DNA of 64,000 nucleotides from Anolis carolinensis (Eukaryota): NCBI RefSeq assembly GCF_035594765.1, contig NW_026943826.1, positions 13,433,325 to 13,497,324 of the forward strand, read 5' to 3'. Shown piece by piece: positions 1 to 10,413 of this stretch (position 1 is its first letter; each line of letters starts with the position of its first letter). The notes under the pieces were generated by a model. It saw only the letters and a program-made list of their open reading frames with translations, ran no database searches and was not told where the DNA came from. The position numbers and the translations under genes were made by a program.

Positions 1-2269
1 TAGGGCGCCCAACAGGCGTCTTACTCTGCTGACAAACGGCGCAGCTGTCACAAAAGCGCAGAATGTCTTGCCGCATCTTTGGCCACCAGTAGCTCCTGGT
101 GATAAGCTGTACGGTCTTGAACCTGCCAAAGTGCCCAGCCATGGGTTCGTCATGGTGGGCTCTAATCACCTCCAACCTGAGGGTCCCTACTGGTACGTAA
201 ACCTGCCCCCTACGCACCAATACCCCGTCTTGATCCTGGAGATGCGGCAGTATGGTACGGTTACCTGCAGAGAGCAGCATCAGTTGCTCCTGAGTCCACA
301 CATCATCCTTCTGAGCCTCAAGGATCTGGTCATGTAACCCAAGCTCATTATCTACAACACACAGAGAGGCAGTAGGCAAGATGGTCTGACATACTACCTG
401 CTCATTGGTCTTAAATTCCGGCTTGCGGGATAAAGCATCGGCCCGCAAGTTTGCCTTCCCCTCCACGAACTGCACCTTGAAGTTAAACCTGGAGAAAAAC
501 AAAGCCCAGCGGATTTGACGCTGGTTTAACTTCTTTGCTGTTTGCAAGTGCTCTAAGTTCTTGTGATCAGATCTGACCACGATCTGGTGCCGTGCCCCTT
601 CAAGCCAGTGCCGCCACACCTCAAACGCCACCTTAATCGCCAACAACTCCTTCTCCCATATGGTATAGTTCTGCTCGAAGGGTGTTAGTTGCCGCGAGTA
701 AAATCCACAGGGACGCAAGGTCCCTGAGGAATCCTTCTGAGACAATACAGCCCCCAACGCGTAGCTAGAAGCGTCCGCTTCTACCACGAACGGTCTGTCA
801 ACATCAGGATGGGTTAGTATGTTGTCCGATTGAAAACTAGACTTTAGTTGTAGAAACGCCTCGTGAGCTTCCCGCCCCCACACAAATGGCTGTTTCTTGC
901 GCAGAAGCTGCGTCAAAGGTACCGTGAGCTTTGCAAAATTCGGAATAAACTCCCGGTAGTAATTAGCGAAACCCAAGAACCTTTGTACATCCTTCTTAGT
1001 CTTCAGCTCCTGCCATGAGTTGACGGCGTCAACCTTATGTGGGTCCATTTTAAGTTCCCTACCTGACACTACATGACCTAGGAACTCCACTTCAGGCACA
1101 TGAAAGACGCACTTGGAAGCCTTGGCGAAAAGCCCATTAGCCCGCAGTCGGTGCAGAACCTGCTTGACATGTTGACGATGTTCTTTCTCGTCCTTAGAAA
1201 AAATCAAGATATCATCCAAATAAATCACTAAAAATTGGTCAATTAGGTCCCTGAACACATCGTTCATGAACCTCTGGAATACCGCAGGAGCATTACAAAG
1301 CCCAAAAGGCATGACTCGGAACTCGTGGCATCCGAAACACGTGTTAAATGCCGTCTTCCATTCATCCCCTTCCCGTATACGGATTAAGTTATAGGCCCCC
1401 CGCAGGTCAAGCTTGGTAAAGACCTTAGCCCCTTGCACCCTTGATAACAGTTCCGAGATTAAAGGGAGCGGGTACCTATCCCGAATGGTGTATTTGTTTA
1501 GGATCCGATAGTCACAGACCAGCCTAAGTTCCCCAGTCTTTTTGGCTACAAAGAATACTGGTGCCGCAGTTGGAGAACTAGATGGGCGAATAAACCCCTT
1601 GGCTAAATTTTCATCTAGAAACTCCCGCAAAGCTTGCCTTTCCGGTACAGTCAAGGCATACAGCCTCCCTGCTGGCAGTTTCGCACCTTCTGCCAACTTG
1701 ATGGCGCAATCATATGGCCTGTGCGGTGGTAATTTGTCCGCTTCTCTTTTACAAAATACATCAGAGAACTCCCCATACTCAGCAGGCACTCCCTCCATAT
1801 CAGAATGAGTAACATTTAGAGTGCAACAATCCTGCCTCTTTAAGATCACTTTACGTGTTGCCCAATCTACTTGTGGGTTTACTACAGCTAGCCAATCCAT
1901 CCCCAGGATCACGTCATATCTAGGCAAGCTCGTAATATCCCACACAAACGTTCCCGTTACTCCCTGCACCTCCCACGTTACTGCTGAGGTTTCATGGTTA
2001 ACCACCCCAGTCTCCAGCAGTCTCCCATCTGCTCCTTCCACCCACACGTCGCATGCCTTGCGCACTCTAGGAATGCCATGCTTCTTAGCAAACTCAATAT
2101 CTACATAGGAGACCGTAGCCCCTGAGTCCAGCAGTGCCAAAGTAGAAACAAGTTCCCTTCCCCCAACAGATAATGTAATGGGTACGAAAACATGCTTCCT
2201 CCCCTCAGTTGACTGCTTGAGGAGCCCTAGTGCGTTGGACTCACGTCGCACTAGGGCTGGCCTTTTCCC
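1..2269 (-). CDS. pol: Gypsy pol polyprotein (aspartic protease, reverse transcriptase, RNase H, integrase N-terminal HHCC); -1 frame relative to gag; partial
   Basis: Hand translation: LLDSGAT (~2135-2115), VIYLDDILIF (~1228-1199), VEADASSYALGAVL, NYTIWEKELLAI, SDHKNL, HHDEPMAGHFG...CDSCAVCQ (~160-30). It is absent from the ORF track, consistent with no stop before the window edge. Confidence 0.93.
2223..2269 (-). promoter_or_regulatory. Programmed -1 ribosomal frameshift signal (G GGA AAA slippery site + 12-bp stem-loop)
   Basis: Minus strand TC-G GGA AAA GGCC AGCCCTAGTGCG-(12 nt loop)-CGCACTAGGGCT; a -1 shift puts the protease DSG motif in frame. Confidence 0.85.
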
Positions 2270-3051
2270 GAAAGCTGGGAAGGTTTCACATTACAATTTT
2301 TGGCAAAATGCCCAGCATTCCCACAGTACAAACACAAGCCCAGCTGCCTCCTACGGCTCTTTTCCTCTGTAGACAGCTTTTTAAAGACCCCAAGCTCCAT
2401 GGGCTCTTCCCCCATCACCACAGGTGCCCTGGTTACATGCATGGGTGGCGCACACATTGCTTTTGAGTGTTTACGAGCCTCGAACCTTGCGTCTAAACGC
2501 AGCACCTTAGCTACTAAGGCGTCCCAGCTTTCAGCCGGCTCCAAGCGTGCTAATTCATCCTGGAGCATATCACTTAACCCGGCAGTAAATAAAAGCATGA
2601 ATGCATTTTCCCCCCAATCCAGCTGGTGGCGATACAGGTTAAACTTATTTAAGTAATCCAAAACAGTCCCCTTTCCCTGTTTCAACCGATACAGAGCCCA
2701 CCCAGCGTTCTCCGTGCGGAGAGGATCCCCAAAAGTATCAGTTAACAACTTTTTGAAATTATTCAAATTGTCCTTGACTGGGTCATTTCCCAAAATTAAA
2801 TTAGTGGCCCATTGTCCTGCGGGACCGGTCAACAAACTCAAAATAAAGGCCACCTTGCTAGTGTCTGTAGGAAAAGCATGAGCACTGAGCTGAGAAAAAT
2901 AAAGCTCCACTTGTGCCAAAAAGGTTGGCAACTTGCACCTGGTTCCGTCAAAGCGTTCAGGAGTCAAAACATGTCCTTTCACAGCCTGAGCTGTTTGGCT
3001 AACGGTAAAAGCCGTTTGCAATTGGTCTACTTTGGCCCTTAACTCATCCAT
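2251..3051 (-). CDS. gag: Gypsy gag (266 aa; retrotransposon capsid + CCHC zinc knuckle)
   Basis: ORF with PERFDG, LKQGKGTVLDY, EPMELG and CLYCGNAGHFAKNC (CX2CX4HX4C), the layout of PEG10/sushi-type Gag. Confidence 0.93.
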   Translation of the reverse strand: MDELRAKVDQLQTAFTVSQTAQAVKGHVLTPERFDGTRCKLPTFLAQVELYFSQLSAHAFPTDTSKVAFILSLLTGPAGQWATNLILGNDPVKDNLNNFKKLLTDTFGDPLRTENAGWALYRLKQGKGTVLDYLNKFNLYRHQLDWGENAFMLLFTAGLSDMLQDELARLEPAESWDALVAKVLRLDARFEARKHSKAMCAPPMHVTRAPVVMGEEPMELGVFKKLSTEEKSRRRQLGLCLYCGNAGHFAKNCNVKPSQLSGKGQP

Positions 3052-3093
3052 CGTCTTCCTGACGGGTTTATTGCTGCAATAAACTTTTTATGG

Positions 3094-3104
3094 GCGTTGG
3101 GCAA
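3094..3104 (-). promoter_or_regulatory. Primer-binding site, self-priming type
   Basis: TTGCCCAACGC, 2 nt after the LTR end, is exactly complementary to GCGTTGGGCAA at 3802->3792 in the LTR; no TGG tRNA-CCA complement. Confidence 0.85.
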
Positions 3105-3106
3105 TC

Positions 3107-4256
3107 TGTCAAGGACAGAACGCCACAAGATTCAAAGTAACAGAGTTTATTAGATTACAGAACTCAAAAATGCCCGTAAAACACAAGGGCCAGGCAGTTT
3201 TTGCCTTTAGGAGCAAAAAGGGGCAAAAGTAAATGTTCAAAAGATAAACCGGATTAAACCGGAGTTTAATCCGGGTAAAAACAAACTGCTTGCTTCAGCC
3301 TGGGTATAAACGAAACGAAAGCCAAGGAACAAAAGATACAAAGAATGCAACTAATTGGCAGCAGATTCCTCTCTGCTGCCAACACTGTGCTTAGAGTAAC
3401 TTGCGTCGCTCCCCCACACACACAGCAGACAGGATCTCCAACACGAGTAAATCAGCCAAGGATTGTAGCAGTTGAGTAGACCAGTTCCGTTCCGTAGATC
3501 AAAGCCAGAAGCAGACGTTTGTAGTTTTTCCAAGTCCAGGAAGGGGGGGAAGACAAGCCGTGGTCAGTTCAGTCCGAGTTCTCAAAGCAGGAGATGGCGT
3601 CCGTCAAGAAGACGACGGAAGGTCAAGCTAATAAGAGTAAGCACAGGTTTGCACAAACAAATGCCCACACAATCCCTCCCGCCGTCTGACCCTGGATTCC
3701 AATCAACTTACGTCACAGCACAGGAAAGCACACAAGTCTTCAGGGAAGCGTCCCACACACACACGGATCCCAAGCGTTTGCCCAGATTACCTTGCCCAAC
3801 GCAATTTGCAATTGCTCTCAAGCCCCATTTTATGCCAGTTACAAATCTTCATCACTGTCAGCTGTCCTCCTTAACCCGGGCGTTTCCTCATCACTTTCCT
3901 CGTCAGAGCTGGAACACCTCTGACTACGCCCAACAGCATCTCCAGCTGTGGATCCCGTCCCATCCCTCCAGCTAAACCATGGGTCTAATCCTGAAGGTCC
4001 CCATTCATCTTCTGTCCCATCATGGCCAGTGGCACCCACTTCCTCCCTTACCCGAGTCCAATCCATCTCATCCTCCTCTGAGCTAACCAGCCCCTCCTCC
4101 ATTCTCTCCGTAAACCCTTCGAAAGACTCCTCGTCAGATGGTGCTGCAAATATGTCTCGCAGTCTTTTTCTCTCTCGCTCCTCGAGAGTATCTGACTCTC
4201 GAGGAGTCTTACGCCCACGTCTGTCAGTAACAGAGCCATGAGGCTCAATCATAACA
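3107..4256 (-). repeat. 5' LTR (1150 bp): U3 ~4256-3803, TATA-like CATAAAA 3834-3828, predicted TSS ~3802, AATAAA 3151-3146
   Basis: TG...CA termini (TGTTA/TGACA), PBS immediately internal, unrelated flank (TA microsatellite/Helitron) beyond 4256. Confidence 0.85.
3839..4252 (-). CDS. Putative LTR U3-encoded acidic protein (137 aa) with TND/LEDGF-interacting FxGF motif
   Basis: ORF spans almost all of U3; LRDIFAAPSDEESFEGF at 4162-4112; many S-D/E-E CK2-type sites. Expression not shown. Confidence 0.5.
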   Translation of the reverse strand: MIEPHGSVTDRRGRKTPRESDTLEERERKRLRDIFAAPSDEESFEGFTERMEEGLVSSEEDEMDWTRVREEVGATGHDGTEDEWGPSGLDPWFSWRDGTGSTAGDAVGRSQRCSSSDEESDEETPGLRRTADSDEDL

Positions 4257-4267
4257 GTATGTGTATA

Positions 4268-4509
4268 TCTATATATATAAAAGGGTAATGAAATTTCGGC
4301 CTAGGACAAAACAACAAAACTACACTTCCCAGAAACACTAAACTTGGCAGCACAGCCCCTCATCCATGCCTCTACGTTCATACAACAAAAAGCTCCAGTT
4401 ACTCCAGAAAACGGCCAGGCTTTGAGACTGCAAGGCTATTCACTGCTATTCCACCTGGTCAACAAAGGATTCCTATAAGCCACAGCAACGCATGGCCGGG
4501 CAAAGCTAG
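4268..4509 (+). mobile_element. Non-autonomous Helitron
   Basis: A|TCTATATATAT...CCACAGCAACGCATGGCCGGGCAAAGCTAG|T: TC start, CTAG end, A-T target, no TSD, subterminal GC-rich motif. Confidence 0.8.
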
Positions 4510-4922
4510 TATATATATATATATATATAATGTGTTTCTTCCATTTATATGTATATGTGTGTGTGTGTGGATATACAGTATATATATTTATGTGTGTAAG
4601 TATGTGTGTGTGTATTTATAGTGTGTGTGTGTGTATTTATTCATCTTTCAAAAATACTTTGTAGAAACGCAACGACATCCCGACTACTGAATTGCGAAGA
4701 TGTGCCTCTTGGTTTCCGTCTCCTTGCAATCTCAGATAAGCTCTTGAAAGCAAAAGGAAGAGTGTGTTTTTTTATTTGCCGTTAGTTGGGACAATCAGTA
4801 GACATCCTCCATCTATCTAAAATGGAACTTAGCATTTGGGAAAGCAACAAAGGAGAGAATTTTGCTGGAACGTGACCCTACAGCCCGAAAAACTTACAGC
4901 AAGCCAAAATAGAACACGTGTC

Positions 4923-6068
4923 TTATATACTGTTAATGAAATCAGTCACATGTCGGAAATGCATTTTCAGAGTTGGGTATTCCAGGAGTGGAGTGCCAAG
5001 GCTAACTGTTAGGCCATGGAATCCGTCCTCGACGTGATACCACGTCACTGGGACGCCGTTGTCCTCCAGCCGCTTCTTGTACAAGGGCCCGTCGTCTCGG
5101 AAAACATCGTACTCGCAGGTCAGAATGAAAGTCTTGGGGAGCTGTCGGATCACGTCATCCTCTGCCAACAGCGGGGAAAACATGGGGTTGGTTACTTCTT
5201 TGCATTGTTCGTAAAGTTCTGGGATAAACTCAGGCCTCTCCATGGGCACATAACCCCGGCCCTTGAATCTCTCCGGGATGAGGTCGGGACTGACCCACTT
5301 CCTGTATTTCATCCAGACGTGTTTGGGTAGGTGAGCGTTCCTCATGACGTCCTCCACGTTGATCCTCTTCCCCGTCAAATACAATGTGCCGAGCTGCAAG
5401 GCCCTTTTCTTGAACAACATGGGGACTCTCTGGTTCTGCTGATATGAAGGCAAGTTGAAATCGACGGCCTGCAAATAGGGATAGAGGAGGACCTGAGCGC
5501 AAGGCTTTGGGAGATCCGGCCTGGCCGCCAACTGTTGGCAAACGACGGCAGCAAATGTCCCTCCGCTACATTCCCCGTAGAGAGCTATGCGATTCGGGTC
5601 CACTCCGTATTCCGCTGCATTTTTAAAGAAGTGTGCGGTGGCCGTGCAGCAATCCATGACTGGGATCGGGAAGGGATGCTCTGGAGCCAAACGAAACCTG
5701 AAGTAGAAGCAAGAAACAGCCTGAATCAGTAACTCTACAGGATCACGTTCTCTGGATTTTAGGATATTTCCCCCCTTCCATTGTCAGTTTTAGATGCGTC
5801 ACCCAGTGATAGAAAACCCCTATGCACACACCCATGTGGTAGAGACAGGCACAAAATACCCTAACACGTCCTGTTACAATTCAAGTCCAAATCCCTGTAG
5901 GGTTGTGCATTATTGTTTTTGTGTACGGAATTCAGGAGATTCGGGGGATTCAGAGGATTTGGACAACTCTGGGGATTCGGAGGATTCGGCGGTCGAGTCC
6001 CTGGAAACGAGCCTGGCACAGGGCAGCCGAAACGTTAGCCAATATGGATAACAGAAGCCATATCTTAT

Positions 6069-6112
<44 letters not shown>

Positions 6113-9031
6113 CTTTATTTTTGTATTCCGCCTCAATCTCCCTAAGGGGACTCGGAGCGGCTTACGTGTGGACAGGCCCGGTCAACATCAGGCTAATGGT
6201 TTTGAGCAGCACTCCTGGAGGACAGGGGAAAGGCTTAAAGGGAAACTCATCGTAGAAAGTGTAGGACCTTGTCATCACTATCTGGTGGCAGCACACCATG
6301 GAATTGAGTTGGAAGTCATAGGAAATGCGTCAAGAGAGCTATTCCCTAGAATATCTAGGTCCTCCAGGATGACCATAGGTCAACTTCTGGTGGAAGCACA
6401 CCATGGAATTGAGTTGGAGGACAGGGAAAAGTCTTAAGGAGAACGTGTTTCTAAAATGTCTAGACCAGTGGTTCCCAAACTTATTTGGCCTGCCGCTCCC
6501 TTTCCAGAAAAAATATTACTCAGTACCCCCTGGAAAGGGGGCGTGGCTTAGAGGAAGTGGCTCTTGCTCAAGAGGGTGGGGCGGAGCCTCTCCCCTAGTC
6601 CAAGATGCAGGGCTGGGAGGGGGAGGTGGGCGGGGCCACAAATGGGCAGCCAGGACTGGGATGGGAGGAGTTACGAGCTCTGAGGTAGGGCTGAGCTTCT
6701 ATCCCTGTCCTGCAGTGACTGCCAGAGGGGGCAGGGCCTCTTCCCAAGTGCCTGATGGGGCTGAACCTCTATACCCGGCCCCCGTGTTCTAACAAGCACC
6801 TCAGAGGAGGTATACAGAGGCTCAGTCCTGTCTCGCCTTCTTGGGAGAGGCCCCGCCCCTGCCCCTAGCCCCGCCCTTTAGTCCTAAAAGGCCTCTCAGG
6901 AGAGGAATAGAGGCTCAGCCCTGTCTCAGGCTCTTGGAAGGAGGCCCCGCCCTCTTCCCTAGTTCTGCCCTCTATGTCCCAACAAGCGTCTCAGGAGAGG
7001 TATAGATTCCCAACCCTGTCTCGGGCTCTTGGGAAGAAGCCACGCCCACTCCTCTAGCTCTGCCCCCTGTATCCTAACCGGCGCTTAAGGGACTAAGACC
7101 TGTCTCCAGCACTTGGGAAGAGGCCCCGCCCCTCCCCTGTCATCAACATCTGGTGGAAGCATACCGTGGAATTGAGTTGGAGGGCCTTCAAAATGCAGAG
7201 AGAAAACCTATATTTGCAATGTGGTCAATCATAAAATCATAGAATCACCTGTAAACACAGGTCCTGGTGTTGTGGGGATGTACCATAGACATCTCTTTAG
7301 TCTGGCCAGATCCTTGGCTCTTCAAGAGAGTGCCTGCCTTTCAATTAAAAGGGCTGACCTTAAAAAAATAATTCATAAGTGTCTTCATACATTTTCATTA
7401 GCCATGAATAATGCAATATGCTCATGATATGAATCTGTCAACTGCATGATTGATATTTTGGAAAGGAACGTTCTGCACCGCCCTTCACATTTTGGAAGAA
7501 TCTGGGATGAGAGACACCCTCCTCCCGTGTTTGTTGGCTCCTCCAATGGGAAGACGGCTTATTGAGGAAGGGAACACTTCTTGGAAACATGGAGTCAAGG
7601 AATGGATCAAATAGTGTGGGAGAATGTTCATTCTGATTCGGCCAGGATGAGGACGAAGTCACTTACCGAATGCACACGACGACGGAATCAGTCTCCTTGG
7701 CAATGTAGCGGCATAGTGGGTCACCCAACCCTGAAAAACACATCATGTTTCAAGTGGAATTATTACTGATAAGATTCATGACTGTGTACATAGAAAGGTC
7801 CTATATACTAGGATTGGGCAAAAAAGTCGTATCCGTCGTATGACGGATCTAATTCGTACGTTTTATCGCTTTCGAATGCAGTTCCGACGCGGGTTATCCC
7901 ATCGTGTGTATCCCGCAATTTCGAATTTTTCTAATGCCGTCATATGTTTTCCGGTACTAAAGCCATGGTGAGCTAGAAGTGTTAAATGTGTTCTACCACT
8001 GTACCAAGTTTGAAGAGAATAGCTCAAAAAAATGAGGGCGGAAGAGTTCTGTAAATCTCCCCCCCCCCCCCCCCGGTGCTGTTTTTGGCCATTGCGCATG
8101 CACGTCCGCTATTAAGGAATTAATTCTGAATATTCCGAATATTCATAAAGTCTCAAAACCTTTTGGTTCAAAATTCAGAAGTAGTTTCAGAAGCAAAGCG
8201 CCAGCACCCCCTACTTTAGAAGCGAGTATTGAACCTTTTTTTTTTTCATGGACCGCACATGCCTACTATATACTCCACCTGAACTCTATTTCCAGGAGAA
8301 CTTACATACAGTTCCCGCAATGCCACCACCTCCAGGAATGAGAACCACTCCTCTTCTCTTCCCAGAAGGAGTTGTTTTGGGACAATATACTCTGACTCGA
8401 ACGCCATCAAAAACAAAGTCCTTGATCGTCAGTGTTGAGCTCCTCTTGGATACAATTATGCTAACGGCCCGGTCAATGAATCTGTACTGATGCAGGATCC
8501 CAAGTTTTTCGAAAATCAATCCCTGTTTACAGAAAAATACAGAGGCGAAATTAATGTCACCAGGACCTGTTGACCTATACAGCTCGAAAGAAAGTTGCAT
8601 CTATCGAGTAGGAAATTTATGTACTGGTTTATGGGGGGAGGGTAATTTAACTCATTTACGACACCATTTACGACGTGTGGAAAGGAATAAGGAAGAAAAG
8701 TGTTCCCTCGCTACTTCGGGATTCACTTTTTGCTCCCTCGCTGTTTCGCGGGTTGTCAATAAATATTAATGCAAACATTTATCGTGGTATTTTTGCTGTT
8801 TCGAGGGTTTTTGTGGTGTGAAAAGAGAGGGGCATTAAGATCAAGAGGACTTACCATGAAACCTCCAAATTCGATGATGGCGTGCCAAAGTCGTAGTCTT
8901 ACTGGGTATTTGATTCCTGGGGGAATGTGTAGCCTCCTCTGATCCCGATAAATGGTCCGTGCGATCACCAAGAAGAGAGCCAGAAGACTGGCATACAACA
9001 CAACCATCCCCAGAGAGACAAGGAATGCCAT
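4923..9031 (-). CDS. AADACL3/AADACL4-like arylacetamide deacetylase-like gene A (410 aa; GECSGG / PGGGG variant)
   Basis: Exons 9031-8855 (177; TM anchor MAFLVSLG...), 8522-8306 (217), 7730-7667 (64), 5697-4923 (775); all GT-AG, phases consistent; FRLAPEHPFP, EYDVFRDD, GFHG. Confidence 0.9.
6465..7140. mobile_element. hAT-like MITE remnant with GC-box-rich (GGCCCCGCCC) internal repeats
   Basis: Begins CAGTGGTTCCCAAACTT (hAT-type TIR); degenerate ~75-bp GC-box units follow. Confidence 0.45.
7809..8265. mobile_element. hAT non-autonomous DNA transposon in intron 2 of gene A
   Basis: TAGG...CCTA termini flanked by 8-bp TSD CTATATAC (7801-7808, 8266-8273); the paralogous site in gene B (~13200) has a single copy. 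Confidence 0.85.
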
Positions 9032-9289
9032 CTTCTTGACCAACAAGCGACGAAGAACTCTCCTTTCTCCTTGGTGGTTTCTGAGGTTCTGCACCCCTTG
9101 GGTCTCCCCATTTAATAGGAAACTAATTACCAATTGCCACCCCATGCCCAGACGACCATTAATTGATTCGGGAGTGGCCGGTTATGTCCGAGGGATGCCA
9201 CCCTTGCAATTTACACCACAATGCCTTTTGTCGAGGGATACATTATGTGAATGACATTCTAGCTTAATCTAGGACAGAGGCTCTCAAAG

Positions 9290-9955
9290 CAGACCTCTCT
9301 CAGACTCAGTTTAAGGTCCCAGAGTAACTATTGTCATTAATTTTGATAATATTATGAACACTCATTGCTACACATCAGATGTCATGGGGAAGCACTCCTC
9401 TCTCATACCCAGTAACCAGGGAAACTATTGTTATTAATATTAATATTATTATTAGCACACATTGGTACACATCAGATGTCACGGGGAAGCAGACCTCTCT
9501 CAGACTCAGCTTAGGGTCCCAGGGAAACTATTGTTATTAATATTATTATTAGCACCCATTGGGGTCCCAGGGAAACTATTGTTATTAATATTAATATTAT
9601 TATTAGCACCCATTGGTACACATCACATGTCACGGGGAAGCAGACCTCTCTCAGACTCAGCTTAGGGTCCCGGAGAAACTATTATTATTAATATTAATAT
9701 TATTATTAGCACCCATTGGTACACATCAGATGTCACGGGGAAGCAGACCTCTCTCAGACTCAGCTTAGGGTCCCGGAGAAACTATTATTATTAATATTAA
9801 TATTATTATTAGCACCCATTGGTACACATCACATGTCACGGGGAAGCAGACCTCTCTCAGACTCAGCTTAGGGTCCCAGAGAAACTATTGTTATTAATGT
9901 TATTATTAACACCCATTGGTACACATCAGATGTCATAGGGAAGCAGACCTCTGTC
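9290..9955. repeat. ~103-bp minisatellite (about 6 units) between the divergent promoters of genes A and B
   Basis: Unit CACCCATTGGTACACATC...CTCAGCTTAGGGTCCC...TATTATTAG recurs at 9607, 9710, 9813 and degenerately on either side. Confidence 0.85.
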
Positions 9956-10413
9956 AGTACCTGCTTATTATTACGCAGCCCAAAACGAAAGGAAAGCGAA
10001 AGCAAGCACCGTGACTGTGCAGCATTCCCTTTCATGTTGCCTTTCGTTTTGTCCGAAAATCGCATCTTTCATTTCGTGTATCCAGATGGACGATACTAAA
10101 TGAATAGACGAATGAAAGAGATCAAACGAATACCGTGCGCATCACTAATGCACAGTCATTTCGATAGCCGTAGAAATGACAGAGAAACGAGCCTTGAAAT
10201 TTCCCCCATGGCTGCGAAGGGAACAAATCTTATGAAGTTTCTGAAATTCAGATTACGAAACGAGATGGGACCTATCCAAATGTTTACAAAACAAAGCGGG
10301 GGCCATCCAAATCTCTGAAGAGAATTACTAAGTCTCTAATTACTAACTGGATTTCAGCTGCTTTGCACACCTCTAGTAACTTGAGATCCCTTGTCGTCAT
10401 GGGCAAATAATTA

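Larger units (their letters stand above)
1..4256 (-). mobile_element. Ty3/Gypsy LTR retrotransposon (Tf1/sushi-like chromovirus group, related to the PEG10/RTL ancestor); 5' LTR + gag + pol, 3' part beyond the window start
   Basis: LTR TGTTA...TGACA (4256->3107); gag with CCHC knuckle; pol domain order PR-RT-RNaseH-IN is diagnostic of Gypsy; self-priming-type PBS. Confidence 0.95.

Noticed and set aside
68-3042. Several plus-strand ORFs over gag/pol
   Set aside because: Antisense shadows of the retrotransposon coding strand with no recognisable motifs.
3472-3975. 167-aa plus-strand ORF within the LTR
   Set aside because: Antisense to the element with no motif; the basic stretch alone is not enough support.
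4923-5690. ORF-track 255-aa proteins starting MAPE as single-exon or bacterial-like esterases (also 15076, 20203)
   Set aside because: The M is a TTG inside exon 4 (FRLAPE); upstream exons with canonical splice sites complete 410-aa vertebrate genes, so this is neither HGT nor retrocopies.
8756-9145. Upstream in-frame ATG extension (MGWQLVISF...) of genes A and B
   Set aside because: It lies upstream of the TATTAAA box; the 177-nt exon 1 from MAFLV matches genes C and D exactly.
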